Assembly (NCBI RefSeq): GCF_028641065.1
Contig: NC_073407.1
Coordinates: forward strand, 18,290,001 to 18,354,000
Reading direction: 5' to 3'
Length of the DNA: 64,000 bases
Origin: Leucoraja erinacea
Taxonomy: Eukaryota
The position numbers and the translations under genes are program-made. Position 1 is the stretch's first letter. Every line of letters begins with the position of its first letter. Below, in pieces: positions 62,314 to 64,000 of the stretch. Under the pieces are notes generated by a model that worked only from the letters and a program-made list of their open reading frames with translations, did not search any database and was not told the origin of the DNA.

Positions 62314-64000
62314 ATAAACTAATGTATTCTTGTTTTACAGCGCACTGTAAATATATAATGTTCCACCACCCCAGCACCAGTCATTTTAGATTAAATTACT
62401 TTAGAAATGCAATTCACAAAACAAATCCAATTGAAAAGAATCTGATAAAATAACATGTATTTTCACATGGTGACATTTAAAAAAATAAAATAAAACCTTT
62501 ATACAGTGGAAAAAATAAAGCTAAAAATATCAGACTTTTCATGTTTTACCAAGTAACATGTGTTTATTTTAATCATGAGCCTGTCACATAAGGGACACTA
62601 TAACAAAGATTATTCTAGTATCTGTATGAAATATTTTGTATAGTAAAAGTAATTGCTAAAACAGACACTATTTGCCTTCTTAGGAAACGTATCCATCTTA
62701 ACTGGCTTTAGTTAAAAACAAATATATCCACTTTACATGATTTGACCTGTAAAAATGTTGACACAAAAATATCAGTACAAAACAAGAAAATTGTTGAACA
62801 AAAAGTCCATGTTGGATATGCTTTTTCACATTTGCTACAAAGGAGAAATTGAGTACCTTGTGCATGAATGGATTGTTGTGTGCATTGCAACATAAATTAG
62901 TTTCTTCTCGTTGTCATTTCTTTAAGTGGGACGGTGGGATTAAACTTGAACATAATATAGTGCTGATTTCTTTGCATGGTTCCTTCGTCAAGAGCATTTA
63001 CTCAATTTTAAATGGCCAAAAAAATTTATTTTCAAAGAAGTGCAGTGGCTCAATCTATGCAACCTGTCAAGCTATGCAATCATTTTCAACTAATTACTTC
63101 CCTACTGTATGTATGTAAACATGTGTGAAATTCTCAATCTTTAAATAGCAGCTTAAAATCACTACAGGAACAAACTGGCAAATTGAGATAGATTCAAATA
63201 GCGCAATCCCCAGGTAAATCCATCAACTGCAGCAATCAATTATCCCATTCTTTTTTTTATTATTAAAAAAGTGTCCAGTGTCAAAAAGCAAAATATATTC
63301 AATTTAAAAAACACACACATTCTACAAGTAAAAATCCACCTTGGTGGCTACGGTTTTGCAGCCTTTGACTGAATAGATCTTTTCATTTTCTGGAAAGTGT
63401 AATTTAATCAGCTCTGCTATAGGATCTTTGCCTGAGACTACAAGAAGAAAAGGCAATCCGCCAGTGTTGTAACCTTTGATGGAAAACAAATAAAACTGTA
63501 GATGCTGAAATCTGAAACAAAAGCAGAGATGCTAGAAGAACTCAAGCATTATCTGTGGAAAGATAAACCAGTCAACATTTCCAGTCAGTGATCCTTCCTC
63601 AGAAGAACTTTCAGCACTTTGATTACCCTCAAGTAGTCAATACTGGAAAGCACATAAATGCAAACTGCAAGCATGTCAGAATAGAATTGGATGCATGCAG
63701 CTCCCAAACCTGTCAAACCTGTCAAACCTGTATAAGGAATGCCATAGATGTGCACTGGTAACTAGAATACTCATGGAAAAATATATGAACAGATAAACAA
63801 AGGCACAAAGTCCAAAAACGTCTAGAATAGCCTTCATGAAATTGACAAGGATGTTTAGTTTAGTTTAGAAATACAGCATGGAAACAGTCCTTTTGGCCCA
63901 GCCAGTCCACGCCGACCAACGCTCACCCATACACCAGTTCTATCCCACACACTAGGAACAATTTACAGAAACCAATTAACCTACAAGCCTGCACCTCTTT
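62314..64000 (-). pseudogene. tor1: Torsin-1 copy 3: 3' UTR, truncated exon 5 (63322-63413) and intron 4, running off the window
   Basis: Colinear with 27410-28525, then with 29148 onward; acceptor and 5' part of exon 5 are deleted. Confidence 0.88.

Noticed and set aside
38887-64000. Torsin copies 2 and 3 as uncollapsed haplotypes
   Set aside because: Numerous substitutions, copy-specific TE insertions with TSDs and structured junctions exceed what allelic variation would give; read depth should still be checked

Overview
Vertebrate genomic DNA. The repeat content (HE1-like V-SINEs, Penelope-type repeats with hammerhead cores, CR1, Tc1) suggests a cartilaginous fish, probably a skate or ray; that is inference. 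The window holds the 5' part of USP20 (minus strand, six coding exons plus a probable non-coding exon 1) head-to-head with a complete 9-exon C9orf78/TLS1 gene (plus strand, 291 aa). A tandem array of torsin-1 genes follows on the minus strand: copy 1 intact (335 aa), copy 2 intact but divergent (326 aa), copy 3 a broken pseudogene running off the right edge. Two observations stand out. (i) A P-element-superfamily DNA transposon (25-bp TIR CAAAGATCTTATAGCGGAGCAAGAT, 8-bp TSD, decayed THAP exon) has termini or excision footprints at the torsin duplication junction and at the deletion that disrupted copy 3, the latter a 17-nt TIR remnant matching the P-transposase staggered cut. (ii) Torsin copy 2 has changed the torsin-specific Walker A GKN to canonical GKS, changed sensor-1 Asn to Gln and lost 9 residues of its hydrophobic N-terminal domain, with a hand-counted excess of non-synonymous differences. 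All coordinates and alignments were read by eye; no database searches were run.
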